Shown here one piece after another: positions 11,363 through 19,800 of a stretch of 37,498 nucleotides of DNA. Origin of the DNA: Chloroflexota bacterium (GTDB lineage Bacteria > Chloroflexota > Dehalococcoidia > SM23-28-2 > RBG-16-64-32); contig JADFKX010000003.1 of assembly GCA_022564695.1 (NCBI GenBank), positions 1 to 37,498 of the forward strand, read 5' to 3'. The translations under genes were made by a program, and so were the position numbers. How positions within the stretch are numbered: the stretch's first letter is position 1; each line of letters opens with the position of its first letter. Below the pieces are notes generated by a model that saw nothing but the letters and a program-made list of their open reading frames with translations, did no database searches and was not told where the DNA came from.

Positions 11363-11375
11363 TGAGATTCTTGTA

Positions 11376-12674
11376 TTGAAAGAGCAGACGGCGCCGCTTA
11401 TCTTCACGAACAGTCGCGACGGTACCAAGCTGGTTATCGATGGCGGGAGACCGCTGCACGGCAGCGTTGACGTTAGCGGCTCCAAGAACGCGGCGATGGG
11501 CGCGATGGCGGCGGCCCTTCTTGTAGCGGAAGACTGCTATCTGGAGAACGTCCCCGCTATCGGCGACGTGGGGCATATGGCAGAGGTGCTGCGCAGCCTG
11601 GGCGCTACCGTGGAGCCGACTTCCGAGCATGGTCTGCGCATCAACACCGCTAAGCTGACAAGCTCTTCGCCTCCAACGGAGCTGGTCGGGAACCTGCGCG
11701 CCAGCTTTCTTGTCATGGGGGCGCTGCTGGCGCGGCTGGGCTCGGCCGGCTGCTCGCCGCCGGGGGGCGATGTCATCGGCCAGCGTCCCATCGACGTGCA
11801 CCTGGCTGGGTTTGAGGCGATGGGTAGCCGCGTCAACCGTGAGGGAGAGAAGTACGTCGTGGAGACCGACGGGCTCAGAGGGGCGCGCGTGTTCTGTGAC
11901 TACCCGAGCGTGCTGGGCACACAGAACTTGATGCTGGCCGCGGTGACCGCCGACGGCACAACAACTATCGTGAACGCGGCCTCGGAGCCGGAGGTGCAGA
12001 GCCTGGCCGCGATGCTGAACTCCATGGGGGCGCGTATCAGTGGCGCCGGCAGTCACACGGTCACGATCGCCGGTGTGGAGGCGCTGCACGGCACAACGCA
12101 CCGCATCATCCCGGATCGCCTGGAGGCGGGCACCTTTGCTATCGCCGCTGCTATCACGGGCGGCCGGGTGGAGATTCGAGGCGTCGACCTAGGCCACCTG
12201 TTCTCACTTATCGCTAAGATGCGGGAGGCCGGTGTAGTGGTGGAGGAGGATGGGGATACGTTAAGGGTCTGGCGGGAAGACGAGTTGCGGGCGGTCACTA
12301 TTCAGGCGCTGCCGTACCCCGGCCTCGCCACCGACCTCCAGGCGCCGATGGCTGTGCTCCTGACTCAGGCCCGCGGCGTAAGCTACATACACGAGCGGGT
12401 GTTCGATAACCGCCTGTTGTATGTGAGTGAGTTGCGCAAGATGGGTGCGGAGGTAGTGACGACTGGCACAACCACTGCTATCATTAGCGGGCCGACCCCA
12501 CTCCTCGGTTCCAGCGTAAGGGCGCTGGACGTGCGGGCGGGCGCGGCGTTGATATTGGCCGGCCTGGCTGCCAGTGGTCGAACTGAGGTGGCGGACGTGT
12601 ATCATGTGGACCGCGGCTACGAGCGCATCGCTTCCAAGCTGCGCAGCCTCGGGGCGGCGATCGAGAGGGTGTAG
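11376..12674 (+). CDS. murA: UDP-N-acetylglucosamine 1-carboxyvinyltransferase (Asp-type active site)
   Basis: SGSKNA, LRASFLVMG, PGGDVIGQRPIDVH, IPDRLEAGTF, PYPGLATDLQ, DRGYE; start uncertain (TTG 11376 chosen). Confidence 0.95.
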   Translation: MKEQTAPLIFTNSRDGTKLVIDGGRPLHGSVDVSGSKNAAMGAMAAALLVAEDCYLENVPAIGDVGHMAEVLRSLGATVEPTSEHGLRINTAKLTSSSPPTELVGNLRASFLVMGALLARLGSAGCSPPGGDVIGQRPIDVHLAGFEAMGSRVNREGEKYVVETDGLRGARVFCDYPSVLGTQNLMLAAVTADGTTTIVNAASEPEVQSLAAMLNSMGARISGAGSHTVTIAGVEALHGTTHRIIPDRLEAGTFAIAAAITGGRVEIRGVDLGHLFSLIAKMREAGVVVEEDGDTLRVWREDELRAVTIQALPYPGLATDLQAPMAVLLTQARGVSYIHERVFDNRLLYVSELRKMGAEVVTTGTTTAIISGPTPLLGSSVRALDVRAGAALILAGLAASGRTEVADVYHVDRGYERIASKLRSLGAAIERV

Positions 12675-12675
12675 T

Positions 12676-13704
12676 TTGTTCGGTAAGCGCATCGGTGTTG
12701 ACCTGGGTACCGCCAACGTTCTGATCTACGTAAAGGGCAAGGGAATAGTTAGCGCAGAGCCCTCTGTTGTGGCTGTGGCTCAGCGGGACAACAGCATTGT
12801 GGCGGTGGGGACCGAGGCGCGCGAGATGCTGGGCCGGACGCCGAGCGCCATTCAGGTGATCCGTCCTATGCGCGACGGCGTCATCGCCGATTATCTGACC
12901 ACGGAAGCGATGCTCCGCTATTTCATCGGCAAGGTGAACGGGCGGTTCTCCCTGGTGAAGCCTGAAGTGATGGTCTGTGTGCCCGCGGGCGTGACCGGGG
13001 TGGAGCAGCGAGCTGTGCAGGACGCCTGCGAGGCGGCCGGGGCGCGGCGGCCCGCCTACGTTGTTTCGGAGCCGCTGGCTGCGGCCATCGGGGCCCGCAT
13101 CCCCATCAGCACGCCCCAGGGCCACATGGTAGTGGACATCGGTGGCGGCCGCGCCGAGGCGGCGGTCATCTCTATGTACGGCATCGTCGTCAGCGAGTCG
13201 GTGCGGGTGGCGGGTGATCGTTTGGACGACGCCATAGCCGCGCACATAAAGCGCCGCTATAACCTCAACATTGGCGATCGCACGGCCGAGAATGTGAAGA
13301 TCGCCATCGGCAGTGCCTTGCCGCTTGACGAGCAGCTCACGTACGACGTGCGTGGGCGGGACCAGATCAGCGGCCTTCCTAAGACGGTAACCGTCACCGC
13401 GGAAGATGTTTGCCAGGCTCTCCACGATTCGCTCCAGACCATTTTGGGCAGTGTTCGCTCGGTCTTGGAGCGGACGCCTCCAGAGCTTGCCGCGGACATA
13501 ATTGACCGGGGCATAGTGCTCACCGGCGGGACGGCGCTTCTGCGCAACCTGGACCGGATGATCACGCAGGAGATCGGCATCCCCTGCTATGTAGCGGATA
13601 ACCCGATGGACTGCGTGGCTATAGGGGCTGGAATTGCCTTAGAGCATCTGGAGCTGATCCAGCGGGCGCAGCCACCCGAGGGAGAGTGGATGGTCAGCTT
13701 CTAG
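12676..13704 (+). CDS. mreB: rod shape-determining protein MreB/Mbl
   Basis: IGVDLGTAN, EPSVVA, RPMRDGVIAD, LERTPPEL, GIVLTGG; TTG start 1 nt after murA. Confidence 0.95.
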   Translation: MFGKRIGVDLGTANVLIYVKGKGIVSAEPSVVAVAQRDNSIVAVGTEAREMLGRTPSAIQVIRPMRDGVIADYLTTEAMLRYFIGKVNGRFSLVKPEVMVCVPAGVTGVEQRAVQDACEAAGARRPAYVVSEPLAAAIGARIPISTPQGHMVVDIGGGRAEAAVISMYGIVVSESVRVAGDRLDDAIAAHIKRRYNLNIGDRTAENVKIAIGSALPLDEQLTYDVRGRDQISGLPKTVTVTAEDVCQALHDSLQTILGSVRSVLERTPPELAADIIDRGIVLTGGTALLRNLDRMITQEIGIPCYVADNPMDCVAIGAGIALEHLELIQRAQPPEGEWMVSF

Positions 13705-14341
13705 AGGCCGCTGCTGTGGAGCGAGGAGAGTTTTTCAGGTAGTAGGCCATGCTCTGGAGCGCCAGGACCGGCTCGATGCGCTTCAGATAGACTCCCTGCG
13801 GCACACGGGCGGGAATGGGCGCATAGCTGAGGATGGCGCGGACGCCGCACTTAACCAGGGTATCGATGACGTTCTGGGCGATCACAGCGGGGACAGCGAC
13901 GATTCCAACGTCCACGGGGCTCTTCAATAGGATCTTCTCCAAGTCGTTGGCGTCTCTTATCGTCAGGTTCTCGATCAGCTGTCCTATCCTCTTGGGGTCG
14001 GCGTCGAACGCCTCGACGATGCGAAACCCCTGAGGTGTGAAACCTTCGTAGCCGAGGATGGCGCGGCCCAGTTTGCCTACGCCTATTACGGCCATGCGCC
14101 ACTGCCTGTCCAGACCGAGGATGTGGTGTAGTTCGTCCAGAAGCTTACGGACGTTGTAGCCGCGCCCTTGCTTGCCGAAGCGGCCGAAGTAGCTGAGGTC
14201 CTTGCGGATCTGGGCGGGGGTTACGCCCAGAAGAGTGCCTAACTCCTGGGAGCTGACCACGTCTCGGCCTTCCTCATCAAGAGTAGACAGGGCACGTGTG
14301 TAGAGGGGGAGCCGGTCGATGACTACAGGCGGTATCTCCAT
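13694..14341 (-). CDS. rex: redox-sensing transcriptional repressor Rex
   Basis: RLPLY, SSQELG, QIRKDLSYFGRFGKQGRGY wHTH followed by Rossmann IGVGKLG; 11-nt convergent overlap with mreB. Confidence 0.97.
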   Translation of the reverse strand: MEIPPVVIDRLPLYTRALSTLDEEGRDVVSSQELGTLLGVTPAQIRKDLSYFGRFGKQGRGYNVRKLLDELHHILGLDRQWRMAVIGVGKLGRAILGYEGFTPQGFRIVEAFDADPKRIGQLIENLTIRDANDLEKILLKSPVDVGIVAVPAVIAQNVIDTLVKCGVRAILSYAPIPARVPQGVYLKRIEPVLALQSMAYYLKNSPRSTAAASRS

Positions 14342-14370
14342 GAAGGCTTGTCTCCGTTGTTATTTGTTAT

Positions 14371-14402
14371 CTCAATAGACGTCTTTGCCAACGTCTATTG
14401 AG
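14371..14402. repeat. 12-bp perfect inverted repeat in the rex 5' region
   Basis: CTCAATAGACGT-ctttgcca-ACGTCTATTGAG. Confidence 0.85.
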
Positions 14403-14420
14403 TTCGATAGGGCTGAGCAT

Positions 14421-14450
14421 CTTATAGCATTCGCGGTGCGCCCCAGTCAA
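14421..14450 (-). promoter_or_regulatory. putative rex promoter
   Basis: minus strand TTGACT-18 nt-TATAAG, with TG extension. Confidence 0.5.
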
Positions 14451-14454
14451 GGGT

Positions 14455-14472
14455 TTGTGCTCACAATTACAA
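14455..14472. promoter_or_regulatory. Rex-like operator adjacent to the rex -35
   Basis: TTGTGCTCACAATTACAA, 18 bp with TTGT...ACAA ends. Confidence 0.5.
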
Positions 14473-14689
14473 TCCTTCGGCCTCGCGGCTGACGATTGCC
14501 GGCGGCGGGTGGTGATCAAGGCGGCGGCGAATCTATCAGGTTCCCGCTTTGCGCTCGTGATGCGCCAGATCGTATCTCAAGAGGAGGCCGATAGGTGGCC
14601 CAGCCGTCCCCTTTCCAGGTAACGTAACTGATGTAGGTGGCGTCTTAACCTGATGACGGCGATTAGCCAACGTCAGGAGAGTATTTGAT

Positions 14690-16219
14690 ATGGAGCGTAG
14701 ATACGAGTCCGCTGAGGAAGTCACTGAAGGCGGATCAATTGGACAATCGGGTGAGACGCAGCGGCAGTCGGGGGGGTTCCCTGGCGAGGACGAAGACAGA
14801 CGGGACGGTCAGGGTTTGTCGTCTGATAGTGGTCCAGCCCAGAATGAAGCCAGGGATTCGATAGCGCAGACGTTGAGCAACGCCGCCGCGACCCTGGAGG
14901 CCGACCCGCCCGTATCGGCGGGAAGGCCGCAAAGTTCGATCTTCCCCAAGCAGCCGAGCACGCTGGCGGAGGTTGGCCTTTCAAAGGCATTTCTTACGGA
15001 TCTGACGCTCAAGATAATGCACTACTCCGGCACCCCATCCTCAACACAGCTAGTGCGTAGGTTGGGGCTTGGCTCGACGATGGTGCAGCAGATACTGAAG
15101 GTCCTCCAGGAAGAGCGCCTGTGTGAGGTGTTGAGCCAGTCAGACCTGTTTACAGGGAACTATTGCTACCGCCTATCGGAACGAGGCACGGCGAGGGCGT
15201 CGGAGGCGCTGGAGCGTACTCGCTACGCCGGGCCTGTGCCCGTGACTGCGGAGCAGTACACGGAGGTCATTCGGGCGCAGCAGGCGCAAAGACAGATGCC
15301 GTCAGCGGCGCGCATCAAGGCGATTGTTGATGAGTTTGTCCTGGCGCCGGAGGTTGCCGATTCGGTGGCGCGCGCGCTCTACTCCGGCAAGACTACGATG
15401 TTATACGGTCCTTCCGGCAACGGTAAGAGCAGCATCCTGGAGCTGTTCGCCAGCAGATTCGAGGGCGTAGCCCTTATGCCCTACGCCCTGTATGTCTACG
15501 GTCAGGTGATCCGGGTGTTCGACCCCTCCGTTCATGAGGCGATCGGTGATGTTAGCGGCGGAGAGGCAGTGAAGGACGATGCGAAGGTGGATCGTCGCTG
15601 GGTGATGGTGCGCCGTCCGGCCGTTGTCCTCGGCTCGGAGTTGGGGCAGGAATCGCTGAACCTGGCCTATGATTCACAGGCCCGCTTCTACCAGGCCCCT
15701 CCGCACGTGAAGGCCCAAGGCGGCGTCCTGATTATTGATGACCTGGGCCGTCAGAAGACGGACGCCCGGGAGCTGATGACCCGTTGGCTTCTCTCCGTGG
15801 AACGCGGCTGGGACAGCCTGAGCCTCATTACGGGCGAGAAGCTGAGAATACCATTTGATGTTCAGCTCCTGTTCGCGACCAATCAGCCGATGGAGAAGTT
15901 GGCCGATGAGGCTCTCCTGAGGCGGATTCTGTACAAGGTAGAGATACCCAGCCCCAGCCCGGTGGAGTTCACGGAGATCCTGCGCCAACTCTGCCGGCAG
16001 AGGGGGGTACAGGCGCCGGATGGCGCGATTGAGCGCGTGGTGGAGCGGCTGTACGGTCAGGCGGGAGAAAGGCCGAGAGCGGCCTACGCCCGCGACTTTC
16101 TGGATGTCATTATTGAGAGTGCGTCCTTCGATGGGCGTGAGCCCGTGCTGGACGATGAGTCGTTCGAGCGGGCGATTCGGCTTATGAGGAGCCAGCGCTC
16201 GGCCGGCGAAGCGGTTTAG
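14690..16219 (+). CDS. AAA+ family ATPase with N-terminal winged-helix-like region
   Basis: Walker A GPSGNGKS, Walker B LIIDDLGRQ, FATN sensor, DEALLRRI. Confidence 0.85.
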   Translation: MERRYESAEEVTEGGSIGQSGETQRQSGGFPGEDEDRRDGQGLSSDSGPAQNEARDSIAQTLSNAAATLEADPPVSAGRPQSSIFPKQPSTLAEVGLSKAFLTDLTLKIMHYSGTPSSTQLVRRLGLGSTMVQQILKVLQEERLCEVLSQSDLFTGNYCYRLSERGTARASEALERTRYAGPVPVTAEQYTEVIRAQQAQRQMPSAARIKAIVDEFVLAPEVADSVARALYSGKTTMLYGPSGNGKSSILELFASRFEGVALMPYALYVYGQVIRVFDPSVHEAIGDVSGGEAVKDDAKVDRRWVMVRRPAVVLGSELGQESLNLAYDSQARFYQAPPHVKAQGGVLIIDDLGRQKTDARELMTRWLLSVERGWDSLSLITGEKLRIPFDVQLLFATNQPMEKLADEALLRRILYKVEIPSPSPVEFTEILRQLCRQRGVQAPDGAIERVVERLYGQAGERPRAAYARDFLDVIIESASFDGREPVLDDESFERAIRLMRSQRSAGEAV

Positions 16220-17085
16220 GCTAACCCCTCAAGAAATCCTTCGATAGCCTCCATAAGCTCGCGCGGCCGCTGCAGAGGCACGTCATGGATGGTGTCCTCC
16301 AACCAAACCACCTTTACCGCCGGCGCCTGTTCTTCCGCCAGGGTTATGGCCTTCCGCTTCTGCTCCATCCAGATTGTAGCGCGCGAGTCCTGATGATCGC
16401 TTGCGGCGGGGATCAGGAGGGCGGGGCAGCGGAGGTGGGGCCACAGCGTTGAGGGCTTCTGCTCCCACAAAGAGCGGAGTATCTTCAGGTGGTTTTCGCG
16501 GCTCAGGTGCGGGTAGATCGTCTTGTCTTCGTCTATGCGAAAGTTAGCCAGGACTATCTCTTGGACGTCGTCGTTCCAGAGTGAGCCCAGGCCGGGCCAG
16601 TTGCGAGCTCCCTGGAGAAAGGTCTCCAGCTTCAGGCCGGCCAGGGGCGGCGGCGACATCATCTCCAGTGTCCGTTCCCAGGTCATGCCGGGGAAGGCTG
16701 AGATCTCCAGGAAGCCGCCGTCCACCAGGGCCAGCCAGGATACGGCGTCCGGCCTTTCGGCGGCGAACTGAAGGGCGACGTTGGCGCCCCAGGAGTGGCC
16801 CACCAGCGCGGGCCGTTCCAGGCTGAGGGCCTCTACGAAGGCCTGGAGGTCGCCGGTGATGGAGTGGAAGTCGTAGCCGTCGTCCGGTTTGGCGCTTGGG
16901 CCATGGCCGCGCTGATCCAGAGCCAGGACGCGAAAGCGCTGGGCCAGCATGGGGGCGACGAGCTTCCAGATAAGCGAATTAGATGCCAGGCCGTGCAGGA
17001 GAACGAGCGGCTGTCCCGAGCCGCCCCAATCGCGGTAGTGGAAACGGAGGCCACGCAGGTCTAGGAACTGATTCTTGGGCGTCAC
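16216..17085 (-). CDS. alpha/beta hydrolase
   Basis: LLHGLAS, DQRGHG, GHSWG nucleophile elbow, HDVP. Confidence 0.92.
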   Translation of the reverse strand: MTPKNQFLDLRGLRFHYRDWGGSGQPLVLLHGLASNSLIWKLVAPMLAQRFRVLALDQRGHGPSAKPDDGYDFHSITGDLQAFVEALSLERPALVGHSWGANVALQFAAERPDAVSWLALVDGGFLEISAFPGMTWERTLEMMSPPPLAGLKLETFLQGARNWPGLGSLWNDDVQEIVLANFRIDEDKTIYPHLSRENHLKILRSLWEQKPSTLWPHLRCPALLIPAASDHQDSRATIWMEQKRKAITLAEEQAPAVKVVWLEDTIHDVPLQRPRELMEAIEGFLEGLA

Positions 17086-17087
17086 GG

Positions 17088-17804
17088 TTAGCCTGCCAGC
17101 GGAATCTCGTTCTTTACAATATGTCCCGGCACTCCGTTGCGCCAGGAGAGGACGAACAACTCCAGTCGGTGGACGCGGAAGCAGCCGATGTCCGTATCAC
17201 GCTCCGTCTGGATCAGCTCAACCATCTCTCCCAGCCGGTCTTCCCGTTTGTACTGGGTGAGCGAGATGTGAGGCAGTGGCTCGTGTCCGTCTGGGTAGCG
17301 TTCCGGGAGCTCCGGTATGGCGGAGCGGAGAAGGCGGCCCAGCTCCAGGCCGCGGCCTCCATCGTAAGGGACGGCGATGAGCACATCGCGGAAGGCGTTG
17401 AGGCCGCGGACCGCTACGTCGAACGGGCCCAGGCTCTGCGCGACCTTCCGCCCCTTCTCTAGCGCCTCCGCTATGAAGGACATCGGCAGCAGGTTTGCTG
17501 GACCGTCAGGCAGGCGCGGGGGTGTGGGGTCGCCGCTGGTGAGCATGATCGGCGGCACGATGGTGATGTGCCAGTAGTTCGGTGGGAAGGGGTTGACGCA
17601 GCCGGTGGCCTCCAGCCGCGAAACGGTCTCCCGCAACCTGCTGCTGACCGTCGCATCGTCAACAGGTATCACGAAGCCGGCTGTCGCGGTGACCTCAGGT
17701 GGCAGGGGCAGCCGACCGGTCCAGGCCGAGACTGTGGGGCAGCGATGGAACTCCTCCCAGATCGCCTGGTGGCGCTTGGCCGTCTCTCGGTCGGCTTCGT
17801 TCAT
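17088..17804 (-). CDS. 2H phosphoesterase (2'-5' RNA ligase family)
   Basis: two HxT/S motifs: WHITI and PHISL. Confidence 0.8.
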   Translation of the reverse strand: MNEADRETAKRHQAIWEEFHRCPTVSAWTGRLPLPPEVTATAGFVIPVDDATVSSRLRETVSRLEATGCVNPFPPNYWHITIVPPIMLTSGDPTPPRLPDGPANLLPMSFIAEALEKGRKVAQSLGPFDVAVRGLNAFRDVLIAVPYDGGRGLELGRLLRSAIPELPERYPDGHEPLPHISLTQYKREDRLGEMVELIQTERDTDIGCFRVHRLELFVLSWRNGVPGHIVKNEIPLAG

Positions 17805-17815
17805 GCGGGAGGGCG

Positions 17816-18835
17816 CTAGAGCTTCTTCAGCTCTTGTATGATCCAGCGCAGGCGATCCTCCTGCTCCGCGGTGATGGTCGAATAGCCGAAGCCGAGGGTG
17901 TTCACCACGCCGGAGTAGCGCTCCTTGATCTTGGGCACTATCTCATCGTAGGTGCCGACGACGGCGAACTCGTTGAGCATCTCGTCGGTGATCTCGTTGG
18001 TCATCTCCGCCCACTTGCCCTCCATGGAGAGGCGGTGGAGTCGCATGCCCACGTCGCCCCAGCCGTGGCACTCCAGCACCGGATGGTAGGAGCGGGTGGA
18101 GCCGTAGAATGCTATCTGCTGCTTGAAGGGCGCTTTGGCCCTCTCCACCTCCTCTTCGTTCTTGCCGGTGACGAGGAAGCCGCCGCCGACGACATCGATG
18201 TCTGAGAGCTTACGGCCGGCTTTCTCGGCGCCCTCCTCGATGTTGGGGATGATCACCTCACGGGTGTACTTGGGGGTGTTGAAGGGGTGCATGCGGATAC
18301 CGTCGCAGATCTCGCCGACGAGGCGGCAGTGGTACTTGTTGACGGCGGAGATGTAGATGGGGACGTTGTTAGGGTTGGGGCCGGGGTTGAAGAATGGGGA
18401 GATGAGGGTGAACTGGTACCAGTCGCCTTTGAAGTTGGGGCGTTCGTTGGTCTGGAAGGTGTTGAAGATCGCCTTGAGACAGAGGATGTATTCGCGCAGG
18501 CGGGGCCCCGGCGGCGCCGGCCAGGGTGTGGAGTAGCGACGCTCGTTGTGGCCCTTGACCTGGGTGCCCAGGCCCAGGATGAACCGCCCGCCGGAGTAGC
18601 GCTGGAGGTCCCAGGCCATCTGGGCGACGACGAAGGGGCTGCGGGGGAAGGCGATGGCCACGGCGGTGCCGAGCTTGAGCCGCTCCGTGTGCTCGGCCAG
18701 GATGGCAAGCGGCAGGAACGGGTCGTGGCCGGCCTCGGGAGTGACGATGGAGTCGTAGCCCATCTCCTCCATTCGTTTGCCGTAGTCGGCCAAGTCCTTG
18801 ATCGTGGGGGCCATGACCGTTGTCTCTAAGCGCAT
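17816..18835 (-). CDS. LLM-class (probably F420-dependent) oxidoreductase, TIGR03617-like
   Basis: EAGHDPFLPL, AIAFPRSP, GRFILGLGTQVKGHNERRY, QIAFYGST. Confidence 0.9.
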   Translation of the reverse strand: MRLETTVMAPTIKDLADYGKRMEEMGYDSIVTPEAGHDPFLPLAILAEHTERLKLGTAVAIAFPRSPFVVAQMAWDLQRYSGGRFILGLGTQVKGHNERRYSTPWPAPPGPRLREYILCLKAIFNTFQTNERPNFKGDWYQFTLISPFFNPGPNPNNVPIYISAVNKYHCRLVGEICDGIRMHPFNTPKYTREVIIPNIEEGAEKAGRKLSDIDVVGGGFLVTGKNEEEVERAKAPFKQQIAFYGSTRSYHPVLECHGWGDVGMRLHRLSMEGKWAEMTNEITDEMLNEFAVVGTYDEIVPKIKERYSGVVNTLGFGYSTITAEQEDRLRWIIQELKKL

Positions 18836-18851
18836 GTGCGGTCTCCTTTCG

Positions 18852-19727
18852 TCAAGGGGTGATGAACTCAGCGATCGCCTGGTTGACCAGCTCCGGCTTC
18901 TCCCGCTGCACCCAGTGGCCGCACTCCGGGACGGTGCGCAGGGTCAGGTCCGTGAAGAAATCGGGCAGCTTGTCGCTCCAGGCGACGGGGAAGATGGGGT
19001 CGTTCTCCGCCCAGAGGACGAGGGTGGGGGCGTGGATCTTGGGGTCCGCGACCGGGTCGGGGCGGCCCAGGGTGCGGAACATGGCGCGGTAGCAGTTGAA
19101 GCCGCCGCGCAGGGCTCCGGGCTGGGAGAGCACCTCCACGAACTGCTCCACCTCCTCGTCCGTCCAGAGCGACTTGTCGTAGGACCAGTGGGAGAGGAAG
19201 TGGCGCAGGTATACTTCCGTGGCCCGGAGGCTGGAGCCGACAAGCTGTTCGGCCAGGGGGAGTTGGTGGAACATCATGTACCAGGTTTCGGGTAGTCGGT
19301 CGGGCGTGAAGAAGCGGGCGCCGATGCCGGGGTAGACGGGCTGGAAGAGGACGAGTTTGTCCACCAGGTCGGGGTGGGTGCGGGCGAAGCGCTGTGTCCA
19401 GACGGAGCCGAAGTCATGGGAGACGATGCTCACCTTATCGAACCCGAGGTGCTGCACGAGAGCGCGCAGGTCCTCGGCGAAGACGTCAGCCGTGTAGCCT
19501 TCTTCCGGCGGCAGGTCTGGCTTGTCCGTCTCGCCGTAGCCGCGCATATCGGGGACGATGACGTCGAAGCGCTCAGCGAGGGGCTTAATGTTGAGATGCC
19601 ACTCGTAGTGGAAGCCGGGCCAGCCGTGGATGAGGAAGAGAGGGGGGCCGCTGCCCTCACGTACGAAGTGATAGCGCAGGCCGTTGATGGTGGCGTATTG
19701 GTGGTTGAAGGCTTCCGTATCGCTCAA
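18852..19727 (-). CDS. epoxide hydrolase-like alpha/beta hydrolase
   Basis: HGWPG, DMRGYG, SHDFG (Asp nucleophile), WY and YRA tyrosines, GHWVQ. Confidence 0.9.
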   Translation of the reverse strand: MSDTEAFNHQYATINGLRYHFVREGSGPPLFLIHGWPGFHYEWHLNIKPLAERFDVIVPDMRGYGETDKPDLPPEEGYTADVFAEDLRALVQHLGFDKVSIVSHDFGSVWTQRFARTHPDLVDKLVLFQPVYPGIGARFFTPDRLPETWYMMFHQLPLAEQLVGSSLRATEVYLRHFLSHWSYDKSLWTDEEVEQFVEVLSQPGALRGGFNCYRAMFRTLGRPDPVADPKIHAPTLVLWAENDPIFPVAWSDKLPDFFTDLTLRTVPECGHWVQREKPELVNQAIAEFITP

Positions 19728-19765
19728 CTAGGGGCGGCTCCTGTTCAGGGTGGCAATTAACGTCA

Positions 19766-19794
19766 ACTGTATTCGCTGTAGCAACTACTGTAAA
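19766..19794 (-). promoter_or_regulatory. sigma70-type promoter of the hydrolase/LLM operon
   Basis: minus strand TTTACA-17 nt-TACAGT; overlapped by the imperfect palindrome CAATTAACGTCAACTG (19754-19769). Confidence 0.55.
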
Positions 19795-19800
19795 GGGCGG

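Noticed and set aside
11283-11375. Extended N-termini from the ORF track (murA; likewise pyrF, mreB, aminotransferase, NoeA-like, thiolase, bCerS, YHS)
   Set aside because: They overlap neighbouring genes or promoters; downstream starts fit SD positions or family N-termini better
14357-14375. Additional Rex box next to the rex SD (TTGTTATTTGTTATCTCAA)
   Set aside because: Half-site spacing is 19 rather than 18 bp
14575-14594. Sigma28 promoter (GCCGATA) upstream of the AAA ATPase
   Set aside because: No correctly spaced TAAA/TCAAG -35 element
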